Part shown: positions 12,555 to 24,706 of the stretch, in pieces
Position numbering within the stretch: the first letter of the stretch is position 1
Layout of the letters: each line of letters opens with the position of its first letter
Assembly (NCBI GenBank): GCA_963741955.1
Contig: CAVUKB010000010.1
Span: forward strand, 192,001 to 256,000
Origin: an uncultured Acidobacteriota bacterium
GTDB lineage: Bacteria; Acidobacteriota; Thermoanaerobaculia; Gp7-AA8
Length of the DNA stretch: 64,000 nt
Reading direction: 5' to 3'
Made by a program: the position numbers and the translations under genes
The notes under the pieces: generated by a model
What the model was told of the DNA's origin: nothing
The model's input: only the letters and a program-made list of their open reading frames with translations
The model's database searches: none

Positions 12555-13205
12555 TTGGGTCAGAAGGTTCACCCTTACGGGTTCAGGCTGGGGTTCAACA
12601 AGACTTGGCACTCGCGCTGGTTCGCGGGACGTCAGTACGCGGACACGCTGCATCGTGATCTGAAGCTTCGGACCGATCTGAAGGCGCGGCTCTCTCATGC
12701 CGGTGTCTCCGAGATCGACATCGAGCGCACCGCGAACAAGATGCGGATCAACATCTACACCTCCCGGCCGGGAATCATCATCGGTCGAAAAGGTGCGGAA
12801 GTGGACAAACTCCGGGACGAGCTCCAGAAGATGGTCAACGGAGAGGTCTACATCAACATTCAGGAGATCCAGCGTCCGGAGCTCGACGCGCAGCTGGTGG
12901 CCGAGAACATCGCCTCCCAGCTCCAGCGCCGGGTGGCCTTCCGTCGCGCGATGAAAAAAGGGATGGAGAGCGCTCTCCGTTTCGGAGCGAAAGGCGTGAA
13001 GATCCGTGTCAGCGGACGGCTCAACGGAGCCGAGATCGCCCGATCCGAGTGGTATCAGGAGGGGCGGCTTCCGCTCCACACGCTCAAGGCGGACATCGAC
13101 TACGGCGAGTTCACCGCGCGTACCACGTACGGAGCGATCGGAGTGAAGGTCTGGACGTACAAAGGCGAGATGGCCAAGGCCAAGAGCCGAAAGCGCCCGG
13201 TGTGA
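12555..13205 (+). CDS. rpsC: 30S ribosomal protein S3 (TTG start)
   Basis: [30 protein letters not shown]; SD GGAGG. Confidence 0.99.
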   Translation: MGQKVHPYGFRLGFNKTWHSRWFAGRQYADTLHRDLKLRTDLKARLSHAGVSEIDIERTANKMRINIYTSRPGIIIGRKGAEVDKLRDELQKMVNGEVYINIQEIQRPELDAQLVAENIASQLQRRVAFRRAMKKGMESALRFGAKGVKIRVSGRLNGAEIARSEWYQEGRLPLHTLKADIDYGEFTARTTYGAIGVKVWTYKGEMAKAKSRKRPV

Positions 13206-13280
13206 GGAATCGTACAAATCGGAATCGGTGACGGTCCCGGCCTCTGAGTCGACGGTCACGGTTCCGCAGGAGATTGCATC

Positions 13281-13706
13281 ATGTTGATGCCGAAGAAAGT
13301 GAAGTTCAGAAAGCAGCAGCGCGGCCGTCGGGCCGGTGTCGCGTCGCGAGGTGCGTCGATCTCGTTCGGCGATTTCGGGCTGCAGGCGCTCGAGGCCGGC
13401 TGGATCACCGCGAGACAGATCGAAGCGGCCCGTATCGCGATGACCCGGCACATCAAGCGCGGAGGTAAGATCTGGATCCGCGTGTTCCCGGACAAGCCGG
13501 TGACCAAGAAGCCTCTCGAAACGCGTATGGGAAAAGGGAAGGGCGCTCCGGAGGAATGGGTGGCGGTGATCAAGCCTGCGCGCATCCTGTACGAGATGGA
13601 AGGGGTTTCGCGCGAGGTCGCGGAAGAAGCCTTCCGGCTCGCGGCCCACAAGCTCGGGATCAAGACCCGTTTCGTCACCCGTGAGGAGATGGAGGTGGGC
13701 TCATGA
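13281..13706 (+). CDS. rplP: 50S ribosomal protein L16
   Basis: [19 protein letters not shown]. Confidence 0.99.
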   Translation: MLMPKKVKFRKQQRGRRAGVASRGASISFGDFGLQALEAGWITARQIEAARIAMTRHIKRGGKIWIRVFPDKPVTKKPLETRMGKGKGAPEEWVAVIKPARILYEMEGVSREVAEEAFRLAAHKLGIKTRFVTREEMEVGS

Positions 13707-13909
13707 GCAGGACCGATGCGCTTCGTGAGAAGTCGGAGACCGATCTCCATCTTCAGGTACGCCAGCTCGAGGAGCAGCTGTTCAAGCTGCGTTTTCAGCG
13801 CGCGACCGGCTCGATGGAGAACGTGATGAAGATGCGCCAGGTGCGGCGGGACATCGCCCGGGCCAAGACGGTCCTCCGCGAGCGCGAGCTGGCAGAGGCG
13901 AGTAAGTAG
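13703..13909 (+). CDS. rpmC: 50S ribosomal protein L29
   Basis: [16 protein letters not shown]. Confidence 0.96.
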   Translation: MSRTDALREKSETDLHLQVRQLEEQLFKLRFQRATGSMENVMKMRQVRRDIARAKTVLRERELAEASK

Positions 13910-13953
13910 CGAGAGTCGCGGGCGAATACGTTCGGGCCCGACGGAGAACTGAA

Positions 13954-14229
13954 ATGGCGGCAGAAGAGAAGAAAGAATCCGGGACGAGGCGGGTGACCAA
14001 GGTTGGAGTCGTCGTCTCGAACAAGATGGAAAAGACAGTGGTGGTCGCGGTGGAGAACCTGGTTCTCCACGGGATGTACCGCAAATACATCAAGCGGACG
14101 GCGAAGTTCCTCGCGCATTGCGAGAACAACGACTGCAACGTCGGCGACCGGGTGGTGATCGAAGAGACCAGGCCCCTTTCAAAGCGGAAGCGATGGAACG
14201 TGGCCGAGGTAGTGCAGCGCGCGTCGTGA
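13954..14229 (+). CDS. rpsQ: 30S ribosomal protein S17
   Basis: [25 protein letters not shown]. Confidence 0.98.
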   Translation: MAAEEKKESGTRRVTKVGVVVSNKMEKTVVVAVENLVLHGMYRKYIKRTAKFLAHCENNDCNVGDRVVIEETRPLSKRKRWNVAEVVQRAS

Positions 14230-14281
14230 CCGTCGACGGCTCTGACAGTGCCGCTCGAGGCGAGGAAGCGAGGAACGAACC

Positions 14282-14653
14282 ATGATTCAGATGCGAACGA
14301 TTCTGAATGTCGCCGACAACACGGGCGCCAAGAAGATCTCGGCGATCAAGATGATCGGCGGGTCGACCAAAGGCAAGTATGCCCGGATCGGAGACGTGAT
14401 CACCGCCTCGGTGAAAGAGGCCGCTCCGGACGGCACCGTGAAGAAGGGCGCCGTCGTGAAGGCAGTCATCGTCCGGACCGTCAAGGAGCTCCGCCGCCGC
14501 GACGGCTCGTACATCAAGTTCGACGACAATGCAGCAGTGCTGATCAATGACGCCGGTGAGCCGGTCGGGACGCGCGTTTTCGGTCCCGTGGCCCGGGAGC
14601 TTCGTGAGCGGAAATTCATGAAGATCATTTCGCTCGCGCCGGAAGTGATCTGA
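14282..14653 (+). CDS. rplN: 50S ribosomal protein L14
   Basis: [23 protein letters not shown]. Confidence 0.99.
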   Translation: MIQMRTILNVADNTGAKKISAIKMIGGSTKGKYARIGDVITASVKEAAPDGTVKKGAVVKAVIVRTVKELRRRDGSYIKFDDNAAVLINDAGEPVGTRVFGPVARELRERKFMKIISLAPEVI

Positions 14654-14664
14654 GGACCTGACGA

Positions 14665-15024
14665 ATGTTTGGCAAGACGAGCAAGAAGAAAGTGGCAGAG
14701 GGCTCCGGAAAGGCTCACGTGCACAAGGACGACCTCGTCCAGGTGACCGCAGGCCGTGACCGAGGCAAGCAGGGGAAAGTTCTCCGCGTGAACCCGGCGG
14801 CTGGAACGGCGGTGGTCGAGCACGTGAACTTCGTCAAGAAGCACGAGCGCAAGAACCCGTCGAAGAACCAGCAGGGGGGGATCCTGGAGCGCGAGGCGCC
14901 CATTGCGATCTCGAATCTCAAGGTGGTCTGCTCCCAGTGCGGACAACCGACCCGGATGGGATCGAAGGAGATCGAAGGCCAGCACATTCGCACGTGCAAG
15001 AAATGCGGAGCGGAGCTCGGCTGA
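14665..15024 (+). CDS. rplX: 50S ribosomal protein L24 (with CxxC...CxxC)
   Basis: [24 protein letters not shown]. Confidence 0.97.
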   Translation: MFGKTSKKKVAEGSGKAHVHKDDLVQVTAGRDRGKQGKVLRVNPAAGTAVVEHVNFVKKHERKNPSKNQQGGILEREAPIAISNLKVVCSQCGQPTRMGSKEIEGQHIRTCKKCGAELG

Positions 15025-15079
15025 GCCGGGAACTCGAAGTCAGAAAAGGGGTCCTATCTTCGGACCGACGAGGAAAACG

Positions 15080-15622
15080 ATGGCTGCAAGGCTCAAGGAA
15101 CTCTACCACTCGGAAGTGCGCCAGAAACTCCAGAAGGAGTTCGCGATCGAAAACGTGATGGCCATTCCGAAAATCGAAAAGGTCGTGCTCAATATGGGGC
15201 TCGGCGAAGCAATCCAGAACTCGAAGATCCTCGACAACGGCGTCGACGAGCTCACCTCGATCGCCGGACAGAAGCCGGTGATCACTCGCGCGAAGAAGTC
15301 CATCGCGGCGTTCAAGCTTCGCGAAGGGATGCCCATCGGCACCATGGTCACACTTCGCGGAGAGCGGATGTACGAGTTCCTCGACCGGTTGATCAACGTC
15401 GCGCTGCCGCGCGTGCGTGACTTCCGCGGGGTCTCGACCAAGGCCTTCGACGGACGCGGAAATTACACCCTCGGCGTGCGGGATCATCTGATTTTTCCCG
15501 AGATCGACTACTCCAAGGTGGACAAGTCGAAGGGGATGAACATCACCATCGTCACCACGGCGAAAAACGACGAGCAGGCGCGGTTTCTCCTGCGCGAGCT
15601 CGGGATGCCATTCGGCCGCTGA
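15080..15622 (+). CDS. rplE: 50S ribosomal protein L5
   Basis: [23 protein letters not shown]; start trimmed to ATG 15080. Confidence 0.99.
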   Translation: MAARLKELYHSEVRQKLQKEFAIENVMAIPKIEKVVLNMGLGEAIQNSKILDNGVDELTSIAGQKPVITRAKKSIAAFKLREGMPIGTMVTLRGERMYEFLDRLINVALPRVRDFRGVSTKAFDGRGNYTLGVRDHLIFPEIDYSKVDKSKGMNITIVTTAKNDEQARFLLRELGMPFGR

Positions 15623-15660
15623 GCGGTCGTTGGAAGGATTCAGGAGACAGAAGGATCGTT

Positions 15661-15846
15661 ATGGCGCGAACAGCAATGATCGTGAAGGCGGAGCGGAAAC
15701 CGAAGTTTTCGACCCGGAAAAGAAACCGCTGCAAGGTTTGCGGCCGGCCGCGCGGGTTCCTGCGGAAATTCCAGCTTTGCCGAATCTGCTTCCGGAAGCT
15801 GTCTCTCGCGGGCTACATCCCCGGTGTGACCAAGGCCAGCTGGTAA
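15661..15846 (+). CDS. rpsN: 30S ribosomal protein S14, short zinc-binding type
   Basis: 61 aa, [15 protein letters not shown]. Confidence 0.98.
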   Translation: MARTAMIVKAERKPKFSTRKRNRCKVCGRPRGFLRKFQLCRICFRKLSLAGYIPGVTKASW

Positions 15847-15922
15847 GGCGGCCGGATACGAACTGGCCGCGTCTCGAGTCGGAGATCGATTCGAACTGCG
15901 GTTAAGCGGAGGAAACGAAGCA

Positions 15923-16324
15923 ATGTCGATGACTGATCCAGTAGCAGATATGCTGACGCGGATCCGGAATGGGATCCAGTCGCGTCACGAGCGCGTCGAG
16001 CTTCCGGCGTCGAAGCTCAAAGTGGAGATCGCCCGAATCCTCAAGGACGAAGGGTACATCAGCAACTTCAAGGTGACCGAGGACGAAAAGCCGCAGGCGA
16101 CTCTGAGGCTCTATCTCCGGTACTCCGAGGGCGGCGACTCGGTGATCCACGGAATCGAGCGCGTCTCGCGTCCCGGCCGCCGGGTCTACCGCGGAAACGT
16201 CGAGATCCCCCGGGTGCTCGGCGGACTCGGACTGGCCATCGTCTCGACCTCGTCCGGTGTTCTTTCGGGCGCCGAGGCAAGTCGCAAGGGAATCGGCGGA
16301 GAGGTTCTCTGCCAGGTCTGGTAA
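15923..16324 (+). CDS. rpsH: 30S ribosomal protein S8
   Basis: DPVADMLTRIRN, SRPGRRVY, GGEVLC. Confidence 0.99.
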   Translation: MSMTDPVADMLTRIRNGIQSRHERVELPASKLKVEIARILKDEGYISNFKVTEDEKPQATLRLYLRYSEGGDSVIHGIERVSRPGRRVYRGNVEIPRVLGGLGLAIVSTSSGVLSGAEASRKGIGGEVLCQVW

Positions 16325-16335
16325 GGAGTGACGCG

Positions 16336-16875
16336 ATGTCGCGCATCGGAAGAAAAGAAATCCCGCTCCCCAAGGGAGTGGAGGTCCGGCAGGACGGCGA
16401 ACAGATCGTCGTGAAGGGACCCAAAGGGACCCTCAAGACGAACATGGTTCCCGGAATCACGATGAAGATCGAAGACAACGTCGTGACGTTCGAGCGGAAA
16501 GACGACCAGAGCCAGAGCCGTGCGTTTCACGGACTGATGCGGGCACTGGTGGCGAACCACGTCACCGGCGTGACCGAAGGCTTCAAGCGTGAGCTCGACA
16601 TCATCGGGGTCGGTTACCGTGCGGAAGTGAAGGGGAAAGAAGTCGTGTTTCAGCTCGGCTACTCTCACCCCATCCGCTTCCCGGTTCCGGAGGGAATCGA
16701 GATCGCGGTCGACAAATCCGGACACGTCGTGGTGACCGGAAATGACAAGCAGCGGGTCGGCCAGACCGCCGCCGAGATTCGTTCTCTGCGCGAGCCGGAC
16801 CCTTACAAAGGCAAGGGAATCAAGTATTCGGACGAGATCATCCGACGCAAGGCCGGGAAGGCCGCGGGTCGCTGA
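16336..16875 (+). CDS. rplF: 50S ribosomal protein L6
   Basis: [20 protein letters not shown]. Confidence 0.99.
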   Translation: MSRIGRKEIPLPKGVEVRQDGEQIVVKGPKGTLKTNMVPGITMKIEDNVVTFERKDDQSQSRAFHGLMRALVANHVTGVTEGFKRELDIIGVGYRAEVKGKEVVFQLGYSHPIRFPVPEGIEIAVDKSGHVVVTGNDKQRVGQTAAEIRSLREPDPYKGKGIKYSDEIIRRKAGKAAGR

Positions 16876-16928
16876 TCGAGTTCCGCAACAATCAGCCGGC
16901 TACGATGCGTCGGCGAGAGGAAGAAGAA

Positions 16929-17294
16929 ATGGATCGCGCAAGACAGAGAACGATCGCAAGAGGCCGGGTCCGGGAACGGATTCGCCGGAAGCTTCGGGGA
17001 ACCGCGGAACGTCCGCGGCTCGCGGTCTTTAAGAGCCACAAACACATCTACGTCCAGGCGGTGGACGACTCGGCCGGACGAACCCTGGCGGCCGCTTCGA
17101 CGATGGATGCGGATCTGAAGGGAAAATTCGCGGGATCGAACGCAGCGGCTGCAAAGGCGGTCGGGGAGCTCATCGCCCAGCGGGTCCAGGCGGCGGGAGT
17201 CAAGCAGGTCGTCTTCGATCGTGGCGGCTATCTGTATCACGGCAACATCAAAGCGCTCGCCGATGCGGCGCGTGAGAAGGGCCTGCAGTTCTGA
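16929..17294 (+). CDS. rplR: 50S ribosomal protein L18
   Basis: [20 protein letters not shown]. Confidence 0.98.
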   Translation: MDRARQRTIARGRVRERIRRKLRGTAERPRLAVFKSHKHIYVQAVDDSAGRTLAAASTMDADLKGKFAGSNAAAAKAVGELIAQRVQAAGVKQVVFDRGGYLYHGNIKALADAAREKGLQF

Positions 17295-17322
17295 ACGGAG
17301 TCTGCCGGACAATTCGGAGGAA

Positions 17323-17880
17323 ATGGTGCAGCGTCAAGGACAGGGATCACGAGGAGCAGATCGCCGCGACGACCGGTCAGACAGTGGTCTGATCGACAAG
17401 GTCGTCTACATCAACCGCGTCACGAAGGTCGTGAAGGGCGGCAAGAACTTCAGCTTCAGCGCGCTGGTCGTGGTCGGCGACGGTCACGGGCGCGTCGGCT
17501 ATGGTTCGGGGAAAGCGAAGGAAGTTCCTTCGGCCATCAAGAAGGGGATCGAGATCGCGAAGCGAAACATGATTCCCGTGGCGATGGATGGAACGACCAT
17601 TCCTCATGCCACGCTCGGCCGCTTCGGTGCCGGAAGGGTCCTGCTCAAGCCGGCCTCGGCTGGAACCGGGGTCATCGCCGGAGGTCCCGTTCGGGCGATC
17701 CTCGAGTCCGCAGGGATTCAGGACATTCTGACCAAATCGCTCGGCACGGCCAATCCTCACAATGTCGTGAAGGCGACGTTCGAGGCGCTCAAGCAGCTCC
17801 GGACAGAGGAAGAATACCGGCGGCTTCGCGGTCAGACCGAAGTCGAACAACCGGCCGCAGCGGCGGCGGAGGCAGAGTGA
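17323..17880 (+). CDS. rpsE: 30S ribosomal protein S5
   Basis: [19 protein letters not shown]; start trimmed to the ATG after GGAGG. Confidence 0.98.
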   Translation: MVQRQGQGSRGADRRDDRSDSGLIDKVVYINRVTKVVKGGKNFSFSALVVVGDGHGRVGYGSGKAKEVPSAIKKGIEIAKRNMIPVAMDGTTIPHATLGRFGAGRVLLKPASAGTGVIAGGPVRAILESAGIQDILTKSLGTANPHNVVKATFEALKQLRTEEEYRRLRGQTEVEQPAAAAAEAE

Positions 17881-18080
17881 TGGCGGCGGAGAAGAAGAGC
17901 AGCGCCAAGGTTCTGCGTATCCGGCAGATTCGCAGCGGAATCGGATTCCCGGTGGGAATGCGCGAGACTCTCAAGGGTCTCGGATTGCGACGTCTCCACC
18001 AGGAAGTCGAACGGGCGGACACGCCTGAAATCCGTGGAATGATCAGCAAGGTCTCGCACCTCGTCGAGGTGGTGGAGTAA
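17880..18080 (+). CDS. rpmD: 50S ribosomal protein L30
   Basis: [25 protein letters not shown]. Confidence 0.95.
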   Translation: MAAEKKSSAKVLRIRQIRSGIGFPVGMRETLKGLGLRRLHQEVERADTPEIRGMISKVSHLVEVVE

Positions 18081-18153
18081 CCGACCTCGCGGATCGGATG
18101 CGTCCGGGGCCTGGAACGCCAGGCCGGTCGTATCGTGCAGAATGGAGAAACCG

Positions 18154-18594
18154 ATGGAACTGAGCAATCTCAAACCGAACAAAGGATCCCGCCACGCGAA
18201 GAAGCGTGTCGGCCGCGGCCCCGGATCGGGCCACGGCAAGACTGCCGGTCGTGGTGAAAATGGTCAGAAGTCCCGTACGGGATTCTCGCGGATGCTCGGA
18301 TTCGAAGGCGGCCAGATGCCGCTTCACCGCCGGCTTCCGAAGCGTGGGTTCCACAATCTGAGCCGAATCGAGTTCGCAGTGGTGAATCTCGCGGACCTCG
18401 AACGGTTCGAGCCGGGAACCACGGTCGACATCGATCTTCTCCGGAAGAGTGGTCTGGTGAACAGCCGCAAACCGGTCAAGATCCTCGGAACCGGTGAGCT
18501 GACCAAGAACCTCACGGTCCAGGCGAACAAGTTCTCGAAGAGCGCCAGGACGAAGATCGAAGCAGCAGGCGGAGCTTGCCAGGAGCTACAGTGA
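18154..18594 (+). CDS. rplO: 50S ribosomal protein L15
   Basis: [27 protein letters not shown]. Confidence 0.99.
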   Translation: MELSNLKPNKGSRHAKKRVGRGPGSGHGKTAGRGENGQKSRTGFSRMLGFEGGQMPLHRRLPKRGFHNLSRIEFAVVNLADLERFEPGTTVDIDLLRKSGLVNSRKPVKILGTGELTKNLTVQANKFSKSARTKIEAAGGACQELQ

Positions 18595-19997
18595 ATCTCA
18601 TCGAGACGATCCGTAACATTTTTTCGATTCCGGACCTCCGGAAGCGAATCTATTTCACGCTGGCACTGCTGGCGGTGTATCGCCTCGGTGCCCACGTGCC
18701 GACGCCCGGAATCGACCCGGTTGCGCTCGCGGAGTTCTTCAAGTCGATGCAGTCCGGAATCCTCGGGTTCCTCGACCTCTTCTCCGGTGGCGCCCTTCGA
18801 AGGCTTTCGGTCTTCGCGCTCGGGATCATGCCTTACATTTCGGCATCGATCATTCTGCAGCTTCTGACCGTGGTCTGGCCGTATCTCGAGAAGCTGTCCA
18901 AAGAGGGCGAGCTCGGTCGCCGCAAGATCAATCAGTACACCCGCTACGGCACCATCGCCCTCTCGATCATCCAGTCCCTCGGCGTCGCATTCTGGCTTCG
19001 CGCTCAGGCCGCCCCCGGTGGGGCCCCGCTGGTCCCGGCATCCGTTCAATCTTCGTTGTGGGGCCTCGGCTTTCCGCTGATGACGGTACTGACCCTGACC
19101 ACCGGAACCACCTTCATCATGTGGCTCGGTGAGCAGATCTCCGATCGCGGTATCGGCAACGGCATCTCGCTGATCATCTTCGCGGGCATCGTGGTCAACC
19201 TCCCCTCGGCATCGATCAACACGCTGTCGTCGGTGCGCACCGGTGAGCACAACATTTTCGCCGTCGCCATTCTGGTCATCTTCATGACCCTGGTCGTGGC
19301 ATTCGTGGTGTTCATGGAGAGGGCGCAGCGGAGGATCCCGGTCCAGTACGCGAAAAGGGTGGTCGGCCGGAAAGTCTACGGTGGCTCGGCGACGTACCTG
19401 CCGCTCCGCGTGAACACTGCGGGCGTCATTCCGCCGATCTTCGCCTCATCGATCCTCGTGTTTCCCCAGACGCTGGCGAGCATGATCAAGGCTCCGTGGG
19501 CCCAGGCGATCTCTCGTCAGATCGGGATGGGCGAGCCGATCTACTACGGTCTGCAGGTGATCGGGATCATCTTCTTCTCGTTCTTCTACACCTCCATCGT
19601 CTTCAATCCGGTCGACGTGTCGGACAACATGCGGAAGTACGGCGGCTTCATCCCCGGCATCCGTCCGGGGCGCAAGACCGCCGACTACATCGACCGGGTT
19701 CTCTCGAGGATCACGTTCGTCGGGTCGATCTACCTCGCGGCGGTCTGTGTGCTTCCCGAGTTCCTGATCACCGGTATCCACGTGAACCAGCTTCCGTGGT
19801 TCGGAGCGTCGCTCGACCGGCTGCTTCCGACGTGGATGACCACCGGCCTCGGCTTCCAGTTCTACTTCGGCGGCACGTCGCTGCTGATCGTCGTCGGCGT
19901 CGCGATGGATACCCTCCAGCAGGTCGAGTCGCAGCTCGTGATGAGGCACTACGACGGGTTCATGCGTCGGGGCCGGATCCGCGGGCGCAGGGCGTAG
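18591..19997 (+). CDS. secY: Preprotein translocase subunit SecY
   Basis: [41 protein letters not shown]; GTG start overlaps the rplO stop. Confidence 0.99.
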   Translation: MNLIETIRNIFSIPDLRKRIYFTLALLAVYRLGAHVPTPGIDPVALAEFFKSMQSGILGFLDLFSGGALRRLSVFALGIMPYISASIILQLLTVVWPYLEKLSKEGELGRRKINQYTRYGTIALSIIQSLGVAFWLRAQAAPGGAPLVPASVQSSLWGLGFPLMTVLTLTTGTTFIMWLGEQISDRGIGNGISLIIFAGIVVNLPSASINTLSSVRTGEHNIFAVAILVIFMTLVVAFVVFMERAQRRIPVQYAKRVVGRKVYGGSATYLPLRVNTAGVIPPIFASSILVFPQTLASMIKAPWAQAISRQIGMGEPIYYGLQVIGIIFFSFFYTSIVFNPVDVSDNMRKYGGFIPGIRPGRKTADYIDRVLSRITFVGSIYLAAVCVLPEFLITGIHVNQLPWFGASLDRLLPTWMTTGLGFQFYFGGTSLLIVVGVAMDTLQQVESQLVMRHYDGFMRRGRIRGRRA

Positions 19998-20006
19998 GAG
20001 CGGAGC

Positions 20007-20660
20007 GTGAAAGTCATTCTCATCGGCGCCCCCGGGAGCGGGAAAGGAACCCAGGCCAAACTCCTGTCGGAGCGGCTCGGGGTCCCGCACATTTCGACCG
20101 GCGACATTCTCCGGCAGAACGTCCGTGAGGGTACCGAGCTGGGCCGTAAGGCATCCCCGATCATGGAAGCGGGAGGCCTCGTTCCCGATGACCTTATGGT
20201 CTCGATGATTGCGGAGCGTCTGAAAAGCGGAGACGTCGCCGGCGGATTCATTCTGGACGGGTTCCCTCGAACCGTGGCACAGGCCGAGAAGCTGGACACG
20301 CTTCTGAGGGCCGACGCAAACGGGAATGGAATGAAGGACTTGCGCGTTGTGCACTTTTCGGTCCCCGACGAAGCAATCGTCAGCCGGATCACCGGACGCC
20401 GGTCGTGTCAGAAATGCGGCGCCGTGTACCACATCGAAAATAACCCACCGAAGGTCGCGGGAACGTGCGACCTCTGTGGGGCAACTCTCGTTTCGCGCCC
20501 GGACGACACCGAAGTCGCAGTGAGAAAACGTCTGGATGCGTATCGGGAGCAGACGGTCCCGGTTCTGGATCACTACCGGGAGCAGAACGTGTTGCGTGAC
20601 GTCGACGGGTATGGACCCGTCGACGAGGTCTTTGAACGAGTGGAAAAGTCGCTTCGCTGA
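20007..20660 (+). CDS. adk: Adenylate kinase with zinc lid
   Basis: GAPGSGKGTQA, HISTGD, LDGFPRT, CQKC...CDLC. Confidence 0.98.
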   Translation: MKVILIGAPGSGKGTQAKLLSERLGVPHISTGDILRQNVREGTELGRKASPIMEAGGLVPDDLMVSMIAERLKSGDVAGGFILDGFPRTVAQAEKLDTLLRADANGNGMKDLRVVHFSVPDEAIVSRITGRRSCQKCGAVYHIENNPPKVAGTCDLCGATLVSRPDDTEVAVRKRLDAYREQTVPVLDHYREQNVLRDVDGYGPVDEVFERVEKSLR

Positions 20661-21469
20661 TGAAGGGTCCGATCCTCAAGTCGCAGGAAGAGATCGCGGT
20701 CATGGACCGCGCCAACCGCGTGGTTCACGAGATTCTCGCGATTCTGCGGGAGATGATCCGGCCCGGCGTGACGACGGGGCAGCTCAACGCGGTTGCTGAA
20801 GAAGAGCTTGCGAGACGCGGTGCGAAGTCGCCCTTCAAGGGGTATGCGCCGATGGGGATGCCTCCATATCCGGGCGTGGTCTGTACTTCCATCAACGACG
20901 TCATCGTCCACGGAATCCCGGGACGGGAGCGGTTGAAGGAAGGTGATCTGATCGGCCTGGACTTCGGCGCGATTCTGGACGGGTTCGTCGGTGACGGCGC
21001 GATCACAGTCGGAGTCGGAGAGGTCGGCGCGGCGGCCGAGCTGCTGAAGGAAACGACCCGCGAGTGTCTCGATCTGGCGGTCGAGCAGATGCGGCCGGGG
21101 CAGCATCTCGGCGACATCGGCGCGGCGGTGCAGGAGCATGCGGAATCGCGGGGATTTCACGTGATCCGGAGTTTCGTCGGGCACGGGATCGGGCGGAGGA
21201 TGCACGAAGATCCGCAGGTCTACAACTACGGCATCCGGGGACGCGGGCTCGAATTGAAGGAAGGGATGGTTCTGGCGATCGAGCCGATGGTATGCGAGAT
21301 CGGCCCGAGGCTGGAATCACGGATCCAGCGCTCCAGTGACGGAATGGTTCAGGATGTGAGGACGGATCGGGATGGCTGGACCGCCAGGACGATCGACGGC
21401 GGGCTGGCGGCTCATTTCGAATACTCGGTCGCAGTCACCGCCGAGGGTCCGAAGGTGCTCGGTCTGTGA
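20660..21469 (+). CDS. map: Type I methionine aminopeptidase
   Basis: VHGIP, GHGIG, MHEDP, AIEPM, AHFE. Confidence 0.97.
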   Translation: MKGPILKSQEEIAVMDRANRVVHEILAILREMIRPGVTTGQLNAVAEEELARRGAKSPFKGYAPMGMPPYPGVVCTSINDVIVHGIPGRERLKEGDLIGLDFGAILDGFVGDGAITVGVGEVGAAAELLKETTRECLDLAVEQMRPGQHLGDIGAAVQEHAESRGFHVIRSFVGHGIGRRMHEDPQVYNYGIRGRGLELKEGMVLAIEPMVCEIGPRLESRIQRSSDGMVQDVRTDRDGWTARTIDGGLAAHFEYSVAVTAEGPKVLGL

Positions 21470-21507
21470 GGTTCGATGCGGCGGATGGCCGTAGACGGTA
21501 AGGGAAG

Positions 21508-21726
21508 ATGTCCAAAGAAGATGCGATCGAAGTGATGGGTACGGTTCTCGAGACACTGCCGAATGCGATGTTTCAGGTCGAGCTGGAGAACAAGCACAAG
21601 GTGCTCGCTCACATATCGGGAAAGATGCGGAAGCACTTCATCCGCATCCTTCCGGGAGACAGGGTTCTGGTCGAGCTCTCGCCGTACGATCTGACGCGCG
21701 GGCGCATCATCTATCGGTACAAGTGA
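21508..21726 (+). CDS. infA: Translation initiation factor IF-1
   Basis: [21 protein letters not shown]. Confidence 0.99.
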   Translation: MSKEDAIEVMGTVLETLPNAMFQVELENKHKVLAHISGKMRKHFIRILPGDRVLVELSPYDLTRGRIIYRYK

Positions 21727-21736
21727 GGCAACGGGT

Positions 21737-21850
21737 ATGAAGGTACGTTCTTCAGTCAAGAGAATTTGCGCGAAATGCAAGATCGTTCGGCGGGCCGGAG
21801 TGATCCGGGTGCTGTGCGACAACCCGAAACACAAGCAGCGTCAGGGATGA
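21737..21850 (+). CDS. rpmJ: 50S ribosomal protein L36 (zinc type)
   Basis: Below the ORF-track cutoff; manual translation [37 protein letters not shown]. Confidence 0.98.
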   Translation: MKVRSSVKRICAKCKIVRRAGVIRVLCDNPKHKQRQG

Positions 21851-21985
21851 GAAGGCGCATCGGCCGGCCTGGTCCGGTCGAACACGTCGAGCTCTTGGAA
21901 ACAACGGAACAGAGAAAGACCATGTCTGGATCTTCTGACTCGAACGGCCGTGAGCTGACGGCCAGAAGCTCCATCGGAGGCTTTT

Positions 21986-22369
21986 GTGGCACGAATCGCA
22001 GGCGTTGACCTTCCGCTGAACAAGAGAGTGGAGATCGGGCTGACCTACATCTTCGGGATCGGCCGGACCCGGTCGAACCGGATCCTGGCGAAAGCTGCGG
22101 TCAGCCCCGAGAAGCGGGTGAAGGACCTCGATGAAGACGAGGTTCACAAGATCCGTCAGATCATCCAGGACGAAGGAAGGGTCGAAGGTGACCTTCGCAA
22201 AGACATCGGCCTGGACATCAAACGGCTGATGGAGATCAACTGTTATCGGGGGATGCGGCATCGCCGGGGACTTCCAGTCAACGGCCAGCGGACGCATACG
22301 AACGCGCGCACACGCAAGGGTCCGCGTCGCGCTTCGATCGCCGGCAAGAAGAAGCCCGGCAAGAAGTAG
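21986..22369 (+). CDS. rpsM: 30S ribosomal protein S13
   Basis: [19 protein letters not shown]. Confidence 0.99.
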   Translation: MARIAGVDLPLNKRVEIGLTYIFGIGRTRSNRILAKAAVSPEKRVKDLDEDEVHKIRQIIQDEGRVEGDLRKDIGLDIKRLMEINCYRGMRHRRGLPVNGQRTHTNARTRKGPRRASIAGKKKPGKK

Positions 22370-22454
22370 TCAGGAATGCGGCTCCGGTTGCCGGAGTCAG
22401 GGATGAAGGCGGGATCTCCCGTCGCAACAGAACGTTTGAACGAAGGAAAGACGC

Positions 22455-22865
22455 ATGGCTAAAGGGAAAGCCGGAGCAGGGTCGCGCCGCGCCGGAACGA
22501 AGAAGAGAGAGCGCAAAAACGTTCCTCACGGCGTTGCCTCGGTGGCAGCGAGCTTCAACAACACGATCGTCTCGATCTCGGATCCGATGGGTAACGTGCT
22601 CGCCTGGTCGAGCGCGGGTCGGATCGGATTCAAGGGCTCGCGCAAAGGAACTCCCTTCGCGGCTCAGGTTGCGGCGCAGAACGCTGCCCAGACGGCGCAG
22701 GAGAATGGCGTCCGCAGTGTCGACGTGAAGGTGAAGGGACCCGGCGCGGGACGCGAGTCGGCGATCCGGGCGCTCGCCGCGAGCGGCCTGGACATCAAGT
22801 CCATCAAGGACGTGACTCCGATTCCGCACAACGGCTGCCGTCCTCCGAAACGCCGGCGCGTTTGA
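22455..22865 (+). CDS. rpsK: 30S ribosomal protein S11
   Basis: [24 protein letters not shown]. Confidence 0.99.
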   Translation: MAKGKAGAGSRRAGTKKRERKNVPHGVASVAASFNNTIVSISDPMGNVLAWSSAGRIGFKGSRKGTPFAAQVAAQNAAQTAQENGVRSVDVKVKGPGAGRESAIRALAASGLDIKSIKDVTPIPHNGCRPPKRRRV

Positions 22866-23022
22866 GGCCGAAGAGTTGAAACAGGCGGCGGCGTCTCTTC
22901 GATGATTCCGCTGCAGACGTGGGAAGAAGCTTCGTGCCGGGTCAGAACCGGCGATGAATGAACCGACGATCACCAGGAACGCAGATCGAACCGATTCGCA
23001 ACGATTTGCTTTAGGAGGCAAA

Positions 23023-23649
23023 GTGGCACGTTACACCGATCCCGTTTGCCGGCTCTGCCGACGCGAGGGAATGAAGCTGTTCCTCAAGGGGGACCGCTGC
23101 TTCAAGGACAAGTGCGCCATCGAACGGCGGAGTTACCCTCCAGGCCAGCACGGGCGGCGCCGCTCGAAGATTCTCGGGTATGGTCTTCAGCTTCGTGAGA
23201 AGCAGAAGGTCAAGAGGATCTACGGCGTCCTGGAGCGTCAGTTCCGGCTCTACTTCAAGGAAGCGGAGCGCCGTACCGGCATCACTGGCGAGAATCTGCT
23301 TCGGCAGCTCGAGCAGCGTCTCGACAACGTCGTTTACTCGCTCGGATTCGCTTCGTCCCGCGCACAGGCCCGGCAGCTGGTCCGCCACGGCCACGTGGAG
23401 GTGAACGGGAGAAAGCTCAACATCCCATCATATCAGGTGCGGAAGGGCGATCAGATTCAGGTGCGCGAGAAAAGCCGAAAGAACGACCAGATCCGGCAGG
23501 CCGTGGAGACTGCGGCCGGCCGCGGTGTCCCGGTGTGGATTCAGCTCAATGCCGAACAGTTCAGCGGCTCCGTGCTGGATGTTCCGAAGCGAGAGGACAT
23601 CCGTCTGCCGATTCAGGAGCAGCTTATCGTCGAACTCTACTCGAAGTAA
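23023..23649 (+). CDS. rpsD: 30S ribosomal protein S4 (zinc type)
   Basis: GTG start after AGGAGG; [27 protein letters not shown]. Confidence 0.98.
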   Translation: MARYTDPVCRLCRREGMKLFLKGDRCFKDKCAIERRSYPPGQHGRRRSKILGYGLQLREKQKVKRIYGVLERQFRLYFKEAERRTGITGENLLRQLEQRLDNVVYSLGFASSRAQARQLVRHGHVEVNGRKLNIPSYQVRKGDQIQVREKSRKNDQIRQAVETAAGRGVPVWIQLNAEQFSGSVLDVPKREDIRLPIQEQLIVELYSK

Positions 23650-23666
23650 CAGCAGGAGGCCGTTGA

Positions 23667-24665
23667 ATGTTGTGGTCAGACTTCCAGAAACCCAAAAAGC
23701 TCGAATATGACGCAGAGACTCTGACGCCGACCTACGGCCGGTTCATCGCGCAGCCTTTCGAGCGAGGGTTCGGTACAACGATCGGCAATGCCCTGCGCAG
23801 GGTTCTGCTGTCGTCGATCGAAGGCGCTGCGATAACGGCCATCCGGGTCGAAGGGGTGCTCCACGAGTTCTCTTCCCTCACCGGAGTGGTCGAAGACATG
23901 ACGGACGTCGTTCTGAATCTCAAGCAGATTCCGTTCAAGCTCCACGGCCGCGGCCCGAAGACGCTCTATCTCGAAAAGAAGGGCGCCGGCACCGTCACCG
24001 CTGCCGATTTCGAGGCCGACGCGGACGTCGAGATTCTCGATCCCTCCGCGCACATCGCGACCCTCTCGAAGGAAGGTTCGCTGAAGATGGAGGTTCGGCT
24101 CAAGTTCGGCCGCGGCTATGTCGTCGCCGACAAGAATGCCGATCCCGATCTGGCCCTCGGGTATATCCCGATCGACTCGATCCACTCGCCCGTCCGGCGA
24201 GTGAATTACCACGTCGAAGGGGCGCGCGTCGGACAGATGACCGATTACGATCGGCTGGTCCTCGAAGTCTGGACCAATGGCGCGGTCACTCCGCAGGAAG
24301 CGCTTTCGCTCGCCGCGCAGCTGATCGGAGATCATCTGTCGATCTTCAGTTCCTTCGAGACCGCCGAGCAGCAGGAAGAGCTTCGGGAAGAGCCGTCTGT
24401 CGATCCGAAGTTGATGGAGCTTCTATCGAAGCCCATCGAAGAGCTCGATCTGTCCGTCCGCTCGGCGAACTGTCTGAAGAACGCGAACATCCGCACCGTC
24501 GGTGATCTGGTTCAGCGCACCGAACGGGAGATGCTTTCGACCAAGAATTTCGGTCGCAAGTCGCTCGACGAAATCAAGGACGTGCTCGACGGAATGGGCC
24601 TTTCGTTCGGGATGAACCTGAAGCAGATCGAACGTCGTCCCGAACCTGCCCACGCCGCAGAATAG
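23667..24665 (+). CDS. rpoA: RNA polymerase alpha subunit
   Basis: [37 protein letters not shown]. Confidence 0.99.
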   Translation: MLWSDFQKPKKLEYDAETLTPTYGRFIAQPFERGFGTTIGNALRRVLLSSIEGAAITAIRVEGVLHEFSSLTGVVEDMTDVVLNLKQIPFKLHGRGPKTLYLEKKGAGTVTAADFEADADVEILDPSAHIATLSKEGSLKMEVRLKFGRGYVVADKNADPDLALGYIPIDSIHSPVRRVNYHVEGARVGQMTDYDRLVLEVWTNGAVTPQEALSLAAQLIGDHLSIFSSFETAEQQEELREEPSVDPKLMELLSKPIEELDLSVRSANCLKNANIRTVGDLVQRTEREMLSTKNFGRKSLDEIKDVLDGMGLSFGMNLKQIERRPEPAHAAE

Positions 24666-24679
24666 ACGCCTACTCATCC

Positions 24680-24706
24680 ACGCGCGGGATCTCCCGCGCG
24701 TTTTTT
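24680..24706 (+). terminator. Intrinsic terminator-like element between rpoA and rplQ
   Basis: CGCGCGGG-ATCT-CCCGCGCG followed by TTTTTT. Confidence 0.7.

Noticed and set aside
21470-21865. Gene-bracketing helix around infA-rpmJ (and a similar one around rplE)
   Set aside because: Both arms have competing local hairpins, so it was not counted as support.
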